A stretch of DNA of 64,000 bases. Origin: a virus (taxonomy: Duplodnaviria; Caudoviricetes). Positions 1 to 8,873 of the stretch are shown piece by piece. Within the stretch, counting starts at the first letter, position 1, and each line of letters opens with the position of its first letter. The notes beneath the pieces are model-generated. The model had not been told where the DNA came from, ran no database searches, and worked only from the letters and a program-made list of their open reading frames with translations. The stretch lies in the IMG/VR virus record IMGVR_UViG_3300001580_000017, positions 1-64,000 of that record. One strand, given 5' to 3'. Made by a program: the position numbers and the translations under genes.

Positions 1-183
1 TTTTTGTATAATTTCTGGAATTTTTGATACATTATCCACTCCATATTTTTTTAAACATGTTTGTTTTGTTTTTTCTGATCTTTTTTTGTAAAATTCAACC
101 ACACATTTAACAGAACAGCAAAACATTCTTGGTTTGGTTGATGTAAATTCGTTAAAGCATATTTTACATATTTTATTAGTCAT
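1..183 (-). CDS. N-terminal part of a putative Hef-like homing endonuclease (runs off the window start; not in ORF track)
   Basis: ATG at 183 directly after the gp14 stop; reads MTNKICKICFNEF...CCSVKC...KTTCLKKYGVDNVSKIPE; Cys motif plus KYGVxNxS repeat typical of phage homing endonuclease N-termini. Confidence 0.7.
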   Translation of the reverse strand, partial: MTNKICKICFNEFTSTKPRMFCCSVKCVVEFYKKRSEKTKQTCLKKYGVDNVSKIPEIIQK

Positions 184-1221
184 TTATCTGCTAAATTTTG
201 ATTGTGGGCGGAATTGTGTATCCCTTTGTTCTGTCTCTGTTGTATTCAGAATATCAGTTATTTCCGTGTTTAACATCTCATTTGATATATCTAACACTAA
301 ATCATTCAAGTCCTCTAAATCAGCTAATTCTGGGGCTTGTTCAATAACCTGATCATTCACTTTGATATTTGTATTGTAACTGTATAATTTAACATTGAAT
401 GTATAACTCAAATTTCTGTTAAACATTAAATGCGGAGGAGTATCATTCACATATTCAATTTGATACAACTGTTCCAATTTCGGAATCCACAATATATCAC
501 CAATCCGAGGTTGAACTGTTACAATTTTTTGAATATGAACAGTAGCATTAACAGGAAACAATTCATCTATAATTGGAATTTCAGTTTCAACTTCATCTAT
601 CATTTCTGTGTTTGGAATTAAAGTTATCTCACTTCTCCAAATAAAAGTTCTTTCGGTTTTATCTTCACCGGTAAATAATTCTATTGTATTGTAAATTACA
701 GAATCAACAATAAAAGTGGCATTATTATCACCAGAGGTACAACCAGCCAATGTTACACTATCTCCTTCTTCAATATAACTGTATAATGAAGTTGCAGTTA
801 CATCAGTTTCATAGATATAAAGAACATTATCTTTAATAAAACTATCAGCATCGGTGTTTGTGAAATATCGTTCATCAATTATATTATTGTAAAAATAACT
901 CACGGGACAGTAATAGGTGATATCGCCCTCATTCAAAAAAGCAAATCCTGATTTAGCGAAAGCTGGTGTAACATTATCGGCATCAAGGTTAGGATTCCAT
1001 AATAAAACTGAAAATGCCCTATCCAAAACTTTTAGCCTACTCTCGCCAAAAAATTCGTCTGTGTTGAAATGCTCCACCTTTATAAAATACGCATCTTGGC
1101 CATAAAGCCGAATAATGTCCAAATATATTTCATTCATGAGATTGAAGTCTTTAGAATAATCTTGATTTCCGTTATCAAATCTAAAAATATTTTCAGAAGG
1201 TCTGAACGGGGAAGTTGTCAT
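184..1221 (-). CDS. gp14: Neck/head-closure protein, T4 gp14-like
   Basis: DIIRLYGQDAYFI...DEFFGES N-terminus and PRIGDILWIPKLEQLYQIEYV C-terminal motif. Confidence 0.8.
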   Translation of the reverse strand: MTTSPFRPSENIFRFDNGNQDYSKDFNLMNEIYLDIIRLYGQDAYFIKVEHFNTDEFFGESRLKVLDRAFSVLLWNPNLDADNVTPAFAKSGFAFLNEGDITYYCPVSYFYNNIIDERYFTNTDADSFIKDNVLYIYETDVTATSLYSYIEEGDSVTLAGCTSGDNNATFIVDSVIYNTIELFTGEDKTERTFIWRSEITLIPNTEMIDEVETEIPIIDELFPVNATVHIQKIVTVQPRIGDILWIPKLEQLYQIEYVNDTPPHLMFNRNLSYTFNVKLYSYNTNIKVNDQVIEQAPELADLEDLNDLVLDISNEMLNTEITDILNTTETEQRDTQFRPQSKFSR

Positions 1222-2415
1222 TTATCCTACCATATTCATTAATTCTTTTAAACTGTTGCTTTGCTCTTCTTTTTTATAAAATTCGTTTGGATTTACGCCA
1301 GACTGAACGAGTTTATTATATTTATTTGAATAAATTCTCCCATCGAGCCATTGTCCGCGTACCCATTCTCCACTATACCAATTACCATCATGCCAAATAT
1401 AAGCATCAAATGTTCCACCGAGCCATTCACCATATTTCCATTCAGCATAATCCCCTTCAAATGTTCCACCATCAAATGTTCCATCTTCCCAATCAGTATC
1501 TTCCAATACCCCAAACCATTCTTTTTTTTCATCTTCGCACAATAAAGATTCTTCTATATAGGTATCAAATAGTGTAGCTTCTTTGTGATCTAATCTTTCT
1601 GGATAAATAGTCCACAATGTATCTGATCCTTGTAAATAAAGGACTTTGCCGTAACAATTAATGAAGGTGCAATCATTGTATATTATATCTGTTCCTTTAT
1701 GTCTTCCTTCCTCGATTTCATTGGATATCTTTATTTCTTCAAAAATTTCGCTACTATAATAATCCTCTTCTGATTCATAATTCAACTCTATTATATCATC
1801 ACTTGCTTGTTGCAATAGTCGAGAATTTTTTCCTAAATATTCTACTATATCTATTCCAATTTGCTCTTCTAAATCTGTGGCTGATATCTGATCATCCTTC
1901 GCAGTAAATATTTCATAAGAATATTCAAAACTGGCATTTGGATTAGTTGCCACAGCATACTTAGTTTTATCAGTTATAATATAAATTAAAACTTTTCCGC
2001 TTTCCACACAATATTCATAAAAATAGTCATCGTCATCACTTTGAGCCGTACACCATTGTCCTTCGCTATTACCAATATAATGAGAAGCCAATTTTACACT
2101 GGCATCATGGGTCAAAGGAATAAATGCCGGATATTCTTGTATTGGAAATTTTAAATAATCATCCCCTTCGGTCATATCATCTAAACCGTGAATCTTAAAA
2201 CTTTTTTTCTTTTGAGTTTTAGATGGTTTCATCACATCAGAAAAATCAGAGAAAGTTAATTCCGTGTTGTTCCAATCAATTTTGCTTTCGAGATTGGGGC
2301 GATCTTTAAAGAAATTAATTAAAACTTCTTTTTGTTCATCAGTCAAATTATTTAATCTTTTGATGATATGATCTTTCTTTTCAAATAGAAGTTTATATTG
2401 TTCTTGTAGTTTCAT
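1222..2415 (-). CDS. Putative virion internal protein with WCT-motif domain and C-terminal Trp/Gly repeats
   Basis: Leader MKLQEQYKLLFE; GQWCTA motif; GxWxx repeats; paralog of 20708..22030; late operon. Confidence 0.6.
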   Translation of the reverse strand: MKLQEQYKLLFEKKDHIIKRLNNLTDEQKEVLINFFKDRPNLESKIDWNNTELTFSDFSDVMKPSKTQKKKSFKIHGLDDMTEGDDYLKFPIQEYPAFIPLTHDASVKLASHYIGNSEGQWCTAQSDDDDYFYEYCVESGKVLIYIITDKTKYAVATNPNASFEYSYEIFTAKDDQISATDLEEQIGIDIVEYLGKNSRLLQQASDDIIELNYESEEDYYSSEIFEEIKISNEIEEGRHKGTDIIYNDCTFINCYGKVLYLQGSDTLWTIYPERLDHKEATLFDTYIEESLLCEDEKKEWFGVLEDTDWEDGTFDGGTFEGDYAEWKYGEWLGGTFDAYIWHDGNWYSGEWVRGQWLDGRIYSNKYNKLVQSGVNPNEFYKKEEQSNSLKELMNMVG

Positions 2416-2841
2416 TTAAAACTCCATTGTTATTTCTTTATTTTTGCCGTCTATATTGACATCTACTGGTCTTAAAGATAAACTCTGGTCATTCGTCCAA
2501 TTTAAATCAAAAGATTGATTTATGGTGTATTCTGATGTTATTAAATCAAAACTTCCTTCTATCTGTTCATCTGACAGTTCTCCATTGAATTTATCTACCA
2601 ATATATCAACATCATACTGAGAAAGATTTTCTATATCATTTATAACATAGAAAATTTCAATAGAAACACTTTCAACATTAACACTTAAACCTTTTATTCC
2701 ATAAGAATTACCATCAATATCAATATCCCAAGTAATAACAGCATCAACTGAACCATCCATATCAACATCAGAATTTATTCCTGTTATATGTTTTAGATCA
2801 GAAGAATTTAAATAACCATTTTTTAAATTTGTGGTGTACAT
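2416..2841 (-). CDS. Hypothetical protein (acidic, beta-rich)
   Basis: 141-aa ORF abutting neighbours in a late operon. Confidence 0.6.
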   Translation of the reverse strand: MYTTNLKNGYLNSSDLKHITGINSDVDMDGSVDAVITWDIDIDGNSYGIKGLSVNVESVSIEIFYVINDIENLSQYDVDILVDKFNGELSDEQIEGSFDLITSEYTINQSFDLNWTNDQSLSLRPVDVNIDGKNKEITMEF

Positions 2842-2851
2842 AATTTTCCTT

Positions 2852-3430
2852 TTAAATTACATTCGGGGTTGCTGGGATACTTCCAGAAATTGTATTAACA
2901 GAAACATTTGCATCAGAAGCATCAGCGGTATATCCGGGAGCAATTCCTGTATATTTTCTTATTTTTTTCTTTTTATCTCTCGTCAAAACTTCAAACTCTT
3001 CATTAGTCACTCTGATAAAATTATTTCCAAAAGTCTGTTGATCAACTTCAATTTTTATTCCTTTCGGTTCTGTTGCAGAAACTAAAATTGTTTTTTCATC
3101 TTTATCTTTTGATAGAGCATAAAAGTATTCGCCTCTGTAAACATTATTTCCGTCTATTGTGATATCTTCTTTTGAAGCATATAAATTATTGGCTTCAGTT
3201 ATTACCGGATGATCCACCTTAGTTAAATCAGCAATAAGTTTGGAATCTGCTTTTGATACTTCATCATCAGGGAAATAATAAGTTTCCGGTTCTACACTAT
3301 TATTATCAATGTATTCCTTTAAATCTTTCAGTTGTTCAAGAGTCAAATTCTTTAAATAATTTTTGAGTTCTTCGGATATAAAAGAAAGTTTTTTGTGAAA
3401 TGTTTCTTTTATGTTATATTTATCTTCCAT
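2852..3430 (-). CDS. Hypothetical late protein, possible internal head protein
   Basis: 192-aa ORF with SD; IKE/ISEE motifs near N-terminus. Confidence 0.55.
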   Translation of the reverse strand: MEDKYNIKETFHKKLSFISEELKNYLKNLTLEQLKDLKEYIDNNSVEPETYYFPDDEVSKADSKLIADLTKVDHPVITEANNLYASKEDITIDGNNVYRGEYFYALSKDKDEKTILVSATEPKGIKIEVDQQTFGNNFIRVTNEEFEVLTRDKKKKIRKYTGIAPGYTADASDANVSVNTISGSIPATPNVI

Positions 3431-3442
3431 GTTGTTCCTTGT

Positions 3443-3709
3443 TTAATATTCTCTTTTCCAATCTCTGTAACCAACTTCAAATGCTATTGGATCATATTTT
3501 TTCATGGCTTCTCCATATAAACCATCTTTGGCATACCATTCTCGTCTTTTTCCTCCAAGTATCCATTCATCGCTTTCGTAATCGGGAGCAACATCATTTA
3601 AATATTCTATAAAATCATCTTCTGTTTTCTCATCTCTTTCTGATTCATTTATTGAATTTTCATAGCACTCAACCAAAGAATCTTTTTCGTTTATCATTTC
3701 TTTATTCAT
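3443..3709 (-). CDS. Hypothetical phage protein
   Basis: 88 aa; KKYDPIAFEVGY motif recalled from other phage hypotheticals; INES motif. Confidence 0.55.
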   Translation of the reverse strand: MNKEMINEKDSLVECYENSINESERDEKTEDDFIEYLNDVAPDYESDEWILGGKRREWYAKDGLYGEAMKKYDPIAFEVGYRDWKREY

Positions 3710-3712
3710 TTT

Positions 3713-4333
3713 CTATATCCTCATTGTATTATTATTCATTTTTATCCAGCACTCCATCCCAGTTCCAGCAGTAAATTCGTTGATGTAACCAAATTCTTTG
3801 CTTCTCAGACGATGCTTATTTCTTTTATCTCTTCCCAACATGTAAATATTAAAACATTCAGGATCATTACATTCTATAATAATTCTCCTGCTATCACTTT
3901 CATAGACCAATTTATTTTTAAAAACTGTTCCTTCGTTGTCCGTATTAATTAGAACATAATCAGTTTGACTTTCTCTAACGATGAAAGCACTACCCTCATT
4001 ATAGCTTGTGTTATATGCTTCTTTTAAATTCTTCGCATCTTCAACATTTATTACAGGAAAATTTGTGAAAAATTTATCCTGATACTTGTAATCAACTTGA
4101 CCGATATCAGAAAAAGCGTCATCAGCATTTTTCATACTTCTCGGATAATCTACAGTACTGTCAGCTTTCCAAAAATCTTCTTCATCGTAACCATCATCGT
4201 AATACTGTGTATATCTCTTTTCTTTTTTGGCTACTGTCTTTCCGGGAACAATCAGGGTATCATCCGTCTGTTGTTCTTCTTTCAGGGATGCAGAACTCGT
4301 TTCTTTTAATTTAATGTAATCTTTCATTTTCAT
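3713..4333 (-). CDS. Hypothetical late protein, possible internal head protein
   Basis: MKMKDYIKLKET leader directly downstream of a late promoter. Confidence 0.55.
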   Translation of the reverse strand: MKMKDYIKLKETSSASLKEEQQTDDTLIVPGKTVAKKEKRYTQYYDDGYDEEDFWKADSTVDYPRSMKNADDAFSDIGQVDYKYQDKFFTNFPVINVEDAKNLKEAYNTSYNEGSAFIVRESQTDYVLINTDNEGTVFKNKLVYESDSRRIIIECNDPECFNIYMLGRDKRNKHRLRSKEFGYINEFTAGTGMECWIKMNNNTMRI

Positions 4334-4354
4334 AGTAGTAAACCTTTTTCTTAT

Positions 4355-4362
4355 TATTTATA
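4355..4362 (-). promoter_or_regulatory. T4-type late promoter TATAAATA
   Basis: Exact octamer upstream of the 4333-to-184 gene block. Confidence 0.8.
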
Positions 4363-4372
4363 AAATTTCAAT

Positions 4373-5488
4373 TTAATTTTGTATAGATATAGAATTTATA
4401 TTTCTATACATATCATACAAAGCTGTTCCCATGAAATCAACCACATCGGTATTGTTATTCATCTTATAATCATATACAACTTCATTAGTTCCAAGATAAG
4501 AAAATGTAACTGGTCGGCTTAATGTATCTCTTGATTTCTGATCCAATGAATAATTCGGAACACCAGAGAGTTGAACATTTTTAAATATAGTTGATTTCAG
4601 GGTTAGATCAGCATTAAATTGTGTCATGTTTCCAAATCCGCCAGATATCATAGCAATATTAAAATCTGCTTCTGTGTTGTTTATATGAACAGGATTGAAA
4701 CTTGTAATTCTTATATCAATTTTTTTATCTTTTCCAATATCAAAGTATCTGGATTCTCCCATAAGATGTAATATCATTCTATCTATATTTCCTCGCATAT
4801 CAACTGAAAAAGTTATTGTTAAATCTCCGTTATAAGATAGATTGTTTATTAAATCCATACTTTGACCCAACCGGCTGAAAGAAGATTTTTTTGAAACTAT
4901 ATTTGGAAACTGAATATTATCTACCATATAATTTAATAATACTGCTTGCTGTTGAGTTAAATCCAAAGAAGCCCCCTTTACCTTTTCGCTTTTTCCTAAC
5001 CTGTTCCCCGATTTAGGAAAACCAGCAAGGGGATCATAATTTTCGTTTGTTCCTTTACTGAAAACTTTTTGTTTATTAAAATCATATAATGGATTTTCAA
5101 AAACATTATCATTTTCATGTAACAAAAATTCAACAAAGAATTTATTAGCATGAACAAATTCATTTCTAAATTCTCTGAAAAATATTTCCTTTGAAACCTT
5201 CGGATTATATACAATGTAATTTCCGCCCTCATACTTGACATCTGTTCCGAAACTTTCTGTTGTGGTAGTAAACAAGCTTCGGTATATCGCTTTCGCCCCT
5301 AGATGAGCCAAATAGCCGTTTAACGGAGGAATATAAGGTGATCCAGTCTTTTCGCTGATATTTCTCAGAATACTATCGGTTGCTCCTACCAAAAATCCGT
5401 AAGCTTTATCAGCTAAATGTTGAGCAAATCCTCTTCCAAATGCTGATCCGCTTCTTGTATATCCAAATTGTCCAAATATATCATCCAT
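4373..5488 (-). CDS. Baseplate tail-tube initiator, gp54-like
   Basis: MVDNIQFPN...YNGDLTITFSVD tube-fold motifs; start moved to ATG 5488 (GAGG SD, removes overlap). Confidence 0.6.
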   Translation of the reverse strand: MDDIFGQFGYTRSGSAFGRGFAQHLADKAYGFLVGATDSILRNISEKTGSPYIPPLNGYLAHLGAKAIYRSLFTTTTESFGTDVKYEGGNYIVYNPKVSKEIFFREFRNEFVHANKFFVEFLLHENDNVFENPLYDFNKQKVFSKGTNENYDPLAGFPKSGNRLGKSEKVKGASLDLTQQQAVLLNYMVDNIQFPNIVSKKSSFSRLGQSMDLINNLSYNGDLTITFSVDMRGNIDRMILHLMGESRYFDIGKDKKIDIRITSFNPVHINNTEADFNIAMISGGFGNMTQFNADLTLKSTIFKNVQLSGVPNYSLDQKSRDTLSRPVTFSYLGTNEVVYDYKMNNNTDVVDFMGTALYDMYRNINSISIQN

Positions 5489-5490
5489 GC

Positions 5491-5787
5491 CTAAACCTCG
5501 ATATTGTTTTTTAAAACCACGCCACTCCACCATCCGCTGTTCGGATTTCTTATTCCATTATTCGTTTTAAATTCCATTGTGACTTCATCATCTATATCAG
5601 GAATATCTCCAGCATGATATTTGGAAGCAGTTTTGTGATCACACCATATACCAAAAGTTTTATCTTTGAATCCATCAGAAATATCATGAACACCAAGTAC
5701 CCTTACAAACACTCTTTCTCTTGCAAGTGGATCAATGTTGTTCAATACCTTTGCTATAAATATTCCATCAAGTGTTACATCAGACAT
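5491..5787 (-). CDS. Stand-alone gp5-type N-terminal OB-fold protein
   Basis: GIFIAKVLNNIDPLARERVFVRVLGVH matches the gp5/VgrG OB-fold start; only 98 aa. Confidence 0.7.
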   Translation of the reverse strand: MSDVTLDGIFIAKVLNNIDPLARERVFVRVLGVHDISDGFKDKTFGIWCDHKTASKYHAGDIPDIDDEVTMEFKTNNGIRNPNSGWWSGVVLKNNIEV

Positions 5788-5810
5788 CCGAAATCCTCTT
5801 TGTTTATTTT

Positions 5811-5818
5811 TATTTATA
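5811..5818 (-). promoter_or_regulatory. T4-type late promoter TATAAATA
   Basis: Exact octamer upstream of 5787. Confidence 0.8.
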
Positions 5819-5846
5819 AAAAAAGAGAGAATAATTCCTCTCTTTT
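5819..5846 (-). terminator. Intrinsic terminator
   Basis: AAAAGAGAG/CTCTCTTTT stem followed by T-run on the minus strand. Confidence 0.6.
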
Positions 5847-5872
5847 GGATGTTAGTATGTATTTATTTGTTT

Positions 5873-6055
5873 TTAATTATTTATTATTTTTTCAATTAAT
5901 TTAAAATTCAGATAAGCCAACATTGATATGAATATTCCTCCAACTATCACGGTCATTTTATTTGGAGAGAGCATTGATTCAACAACAACCAAAAGCAAAT
6001 AAATATCAATAATAATACTTAATCCGAGTAGTATATAAAACCATTCTCTTTTCAT
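5873..6055 (-). CDS. Small two-helix membrane protein
   Basis: 60 aa with two hydrophobic stretches. Confidence 0.5.
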   Translation of the reverse strand: MKREWFYILLGLSIIIDIYLLLVVVESMLSPNKMTVIVGGIFISMLAYLNFKLIEKIINN

Positions 6056-6057
6056 TT

Positions 6058-7032
6058 TTAATTCTCCTTTACTATTTTTAGATTTTTAATTCCAATTTTT
6101 TCTTCAATTTCTTTTATAGTCATTGTTGTTTCTTTTGGTCTTATCTTATCCCAATATGAATATGGTTGAACCCATTCTGGGGTGTGACAAATATATTTGT
6201 TATTGTGCATCCCTATAAATGTAACATCGAACCAATTAGAAGCCTCATCCATTTTTGCTTGAATTTTTTCTCCATTCTTTGGAGTCCATTTTTCTTCATA
6301 ACGAACCAATTCATACATTTGTATGGTGTAAAAGAATTTCGTTCCACGATCATTCCAATAAATTTCACAACCGCCATCATCAAGCATTTTATGAATGTGT
6401 ACTACTTTTTCAAGCAAACTATATAATAAGTGACTGGTATGGCTCAATTCTTTTTCTGATAATTCAGCAACAGATATAGTAGTGAGACCATCTTTATAAT
6501 ATTTTATCATATACTCGCCGTTACCCATATACTTCCAAATCTTACCCAGTCTGTTGTGATTAAAATATTCAGGAATAACAACAGGTTCATTATCTTTGAA
6601 TTTTGGTTCATCTTGTTTAATATCACTCAAACTTCTAAATTCATTCCAATTTTTTGCCATCCGAACTGTTCCATTATATCCGCAAATTTCAATCAAATAT
6701 CTATGATTTCCTACATAATCAATAATTTTACCAATTGCGTTTCCATCTGTAGGTTCATTTAAAACTACTATATCTCCGGCATCGTAACCAACAATTTCTT
6801 TTTTCTTGGTATCTGCCACAAAATGGCAAAATACGGTATTGGTTCTATCATATGTAGCAATATAATGTTTGCAAAATTTACATGCACCAGAATTTACACA
6901 CCGCGAACTACTAAGATGTTTGTTATATGGACATGGTGTTAAGCAAGTACTACCATTCATCTGATATTTTATTTCTTCATAATTTGGATTAATAACTTTT
7001 CCATTGCGATCTATCATTTTTCTTTCCTCCAT
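6058..7032 (-). CDS. Hypothetical early protein (Cys-rich N-terminus, SH3/KOW-like segments)
   Basis: 324-aa ORF; start may be the second Met (GGAGG SD). Confidence 0.6.
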   Translation of the reverse strand: MEERKMIDRNGKVINPNYEEIKYQMNGSTCLTPCPYNKHLSSSRCVNSGACKFCKHYIATYDRTNTVFCHFVADTKKKEIVGYDAGDIVVLNEPTDGNAIGKIIDYVGNHRYLIEICGYNGTVRMAKNWNEFRSLSDIKQDEPKFKDNEPVVIPEYFNHNRLGKIWKYMGNGEYMIKYYKDGLTTISVAELSEKELSHTSHLLYSLLEKVVHIHKMLDDGGCEIYWNDRGTKFFYTIQMYELVRYEEKWTPKNGEKIQAKMDEASNWFDVTFIGMHNNKYICHTPEWVQPYSYWDKIRPKETTMTIKEIEEKIGIKNLKIVKEN

Positions 7033-7040
7033 TAAAGTTA

Positions 7041-7074
7041 TAGCCCCTACTCAGGGAGAGACCTTTCGGGGCTA
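7041..7074 (-). other. Intergenic hairpin with UCUCUC loop
   Basis: TAGCCCC/GGGGCTA outer stem, AGG/CCT inner stem. Confidence 0.6.
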
Positions 7075-7081
7075 ATTTCGG

Positions 7082-7957
7082 TTAAGCTGCTATTGTTCTT
7101 ATTGCATTAAAAGCATTCTTGCTCAGTTCATATCCTGATCCGAACAGGTTGCTGTATTCACGGTTTTCTTCGTTTCCTCTGTAGTGTGTTGTATATTCTG
7201 TAAATGAATTATACAAATCCCATTTCGTTCTTCCATTATTTCCTTGACCGCCAACGTAAAGATCAAGTATCTGTTCCTTGATGTTGATTGTTCTCGTCTT
7301 TGGAGTTCCATCCTCATTAACGGATTTTCCGATGATTGTATCAAGTATGTGATTTGTATAATCATTATTTATTTGTGTCTTGACCATTTCAAATGTCACC
7401 TGTTTCATTCCGTCAAAGTAGTCAAAAGCATTCTTCAAAGCGATCTCGGCAAACTGGACTTTCTGGGGCATTGTTATTGTGTGTCGGATATTCATTATAC
7501 TCTTATCAGTTGCCATAACCAGACCATTAGTGCAAACCAAGCGATACATTGTGAAGAACACTTGATAAGATTTACTTCCATCAAAGCTCTGTACAATATG
7601 CATCTTTGGTGTGAGTTTATCATTTTCTTGCACATCAAAACTTTGCAGATTTGATGTATATACAACTTTTTTTCCACCTTCAAACACTTTCAATGAATCC
7701 AGTGTTATTTTTTCTTCTCTGAGGAGGTTATCAAAGATGTCAAACGATTCCGTGAGTTCCATCGGTTGATAGTCCTTTCCGACAATTCCGAGACAAGCGT
7801 GGTTATCTTCTCTGACGATGGCTTTGTGTGTGGAGATTTTATTTCCGAACTGATCAAACAGAGTTGATTCAGTTGTTTTCCAGTTATTTCCTGTTACTTC
7901 CAATGCTTCCGCTGCTGATTTGCAGTTTTCGATTTTAAAGCTTTCAAGTGTTTTCAT
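7082..7957 (-). CDS. DUF932/DUF945-family phage protein
   Basis: AIVREDNHACLGIVGKDYQP, SFDGS, RLVCTNG, HT motifs. Confidence 0.85.
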   Translation of the reverse strand: MKTLESFKIENCKSAAEALEVTGNNWKTTESTLFDQFGNKISTHKAIVREDNHACLGIVGKDYQPMELTESFDIFDNLLREEKITLDSLKVFEGGKKVVYTSNLQSFDVQENDKLTPKMHIVQSFDGSKSYQVFFTMYRLVCTNGLVMATDKSIMNIRHTITMPQKVQFAEIALKNAFDYFDGMKQVTFEMVKTQINNDYTNHILDTIIGKSVNEDGTPKTRTINIKEQILDLYVGGQGNNGRTKWDLYNSFTEYTTHYRGNEENREYSNLFGSGYELSKNAFNAIRTIAA

Positions 7958-7978
7958 GGTTTCTCTCCTTTTTTTTAT

Positions 7979-8689
7979 TTATTCACAAACTTCTATAACT
8001 CGGCATTTAGAAAATCTCACTTTTCCTCTCTGCACAGTAATAATATCATTGATATTAACTTCTATATTAATTAAAGTATCTCCCTCGTTCCAATAATTAG
8101 GTGTTCCTCCATGTAATCCGTTGGCACAAGATACCGGATTGATATCGCTGTTTGGTTCTTCTGCAATTTCACCAATTTTATAAAGGAAATTTCTATCATA
8201 ACTGGATGTAAATATAGTGGGGTCATCAGTTTTATTTACTCTTTTTGATATTAATATGATTTTTTGATTATTATATAGATTCATGCCGAGTTGATTTTTT
8301 AATGTATCCTTTATTGTTTCGTTTTTTGTTATATATCCAGTGATTATAGTATTTTCATCTTTTACCTTAGCATTTCCATATACCTTAGCATCTCCATAGA
8401 CCTTAGCATTTCCATATACCTTAGCATTTCCATAGACCTTAGCATCTTCATCTACCTTAGCATTTCCATAGACCAGAGCATTTCCATAGACCTTAGCATC
8501 TTCATCTACCTTAGCATTTCCATAGACCTTAGCATTTCCATAGACCCAAGCATCTCCATCTTGACTTAGATTTTTCGCTGACTCAATCCATCCCCCGAGA
8601 TCACCTTCGATGACATTACCAAAACTCTTTAAAGCTATGATTTGACATAAACCATATTTCTTTGTTTGTGTTAATTCATATTTTTTCAT
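7979..8689 (-). CDS. Hexapeptide-repeat (LpxA-like beta-helix) phage protein
   Basis: GDLGGWIES..NLSQDGDAWVYGNAKV repeats; C-terminal CANGLH; start moved to ATG 8689 (GGAGAG SD, promoter upstream). Confidence 0.8.
   Translation of the reverse strand: MKKYELTQTKKYGLCQIIALKSFGNVIEGDLGGWIESAKNLSQDGDAWVYGNAKVYGNAKVDEDAKVYGNALVYGNAKVDEDAKVYGNAKVYGNAKVYGDAKVYGNAKVKDENTIITGYITKNETIKDTLKNQLGMNLYNNQKIILISKRVNKTDDPTIFTSSYDRNFLYKIGEIAEEPNSDINPVSCANGLHGGTPNYWNEGDTLINIEVNINDIITVQRGKVRFSKCRVIEVCE
8366..8545 (-). repeat. Ten in-frame 18-nt tandem repeats encoding VYGNAK-type units
   Basis: CCTTAGCATTTCCATAGA and variants on the plus strand. Confidence 0.9.
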
Positions 8690-8719
8690 TTTTCTCTCCG
8701 GATTTTGTTTGTTGAGGGA

Positions 8720-8748
8720 AATATACGAAATAAAAAAGGCAATGTCAA
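8720..8748 (-). promoter_or_regulatory. Early sigma70-like promoter
   Basis: TTGACA-N17-TATATT, with downstream sequence similar to the 19866 promoter. Confidence 0.85.
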
Positions 8749-8768
8749 GGAAAAAATTAAATAATAAT

Positions 8769-8835
8769 AAAAAAATCCTCTGGGGAGAGACCAAAGGATT
8801 TTTCGTTACAGAGATAAAAATGATTTATGAACTAC
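8769..8835 (-). ncRNA. Candidate ~67-nt small RNA ending in a terminator with UCUCUCC loop
   Basis: Own promoter at 8842..8870, no ORF, stem AAAAATCCTTTGG/CCAGAGGATTTTT plus U-tail; twin at 19767. Confidence 0.6.
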
Positions 8836-8841
8836 AATAGA

Positions 8842-8870
8842 AAGATAAACAAACTTTTTTATTTAGTCAA
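8842..8870 (-). promoter_or_regulatory. Early sigma70-like promoter
   Basis: TTGACT-N17-TATCTT. Confidence 0.75.
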
Positions 8871-8873
8871 CAC

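Noticed and set aside
8366-8545. 18-nt tandem repeats as a CRISPR array
   Set aside because: Contiguous, in-frame coding repeats with no unique spacers
8769-8803. Hairpins as CsrA/RsmA decoys with GGA loops on the opposite strand
   Set aside because: That strand turns G-U pairs into C-A mismatches and lacks both the promoter and the U-tail
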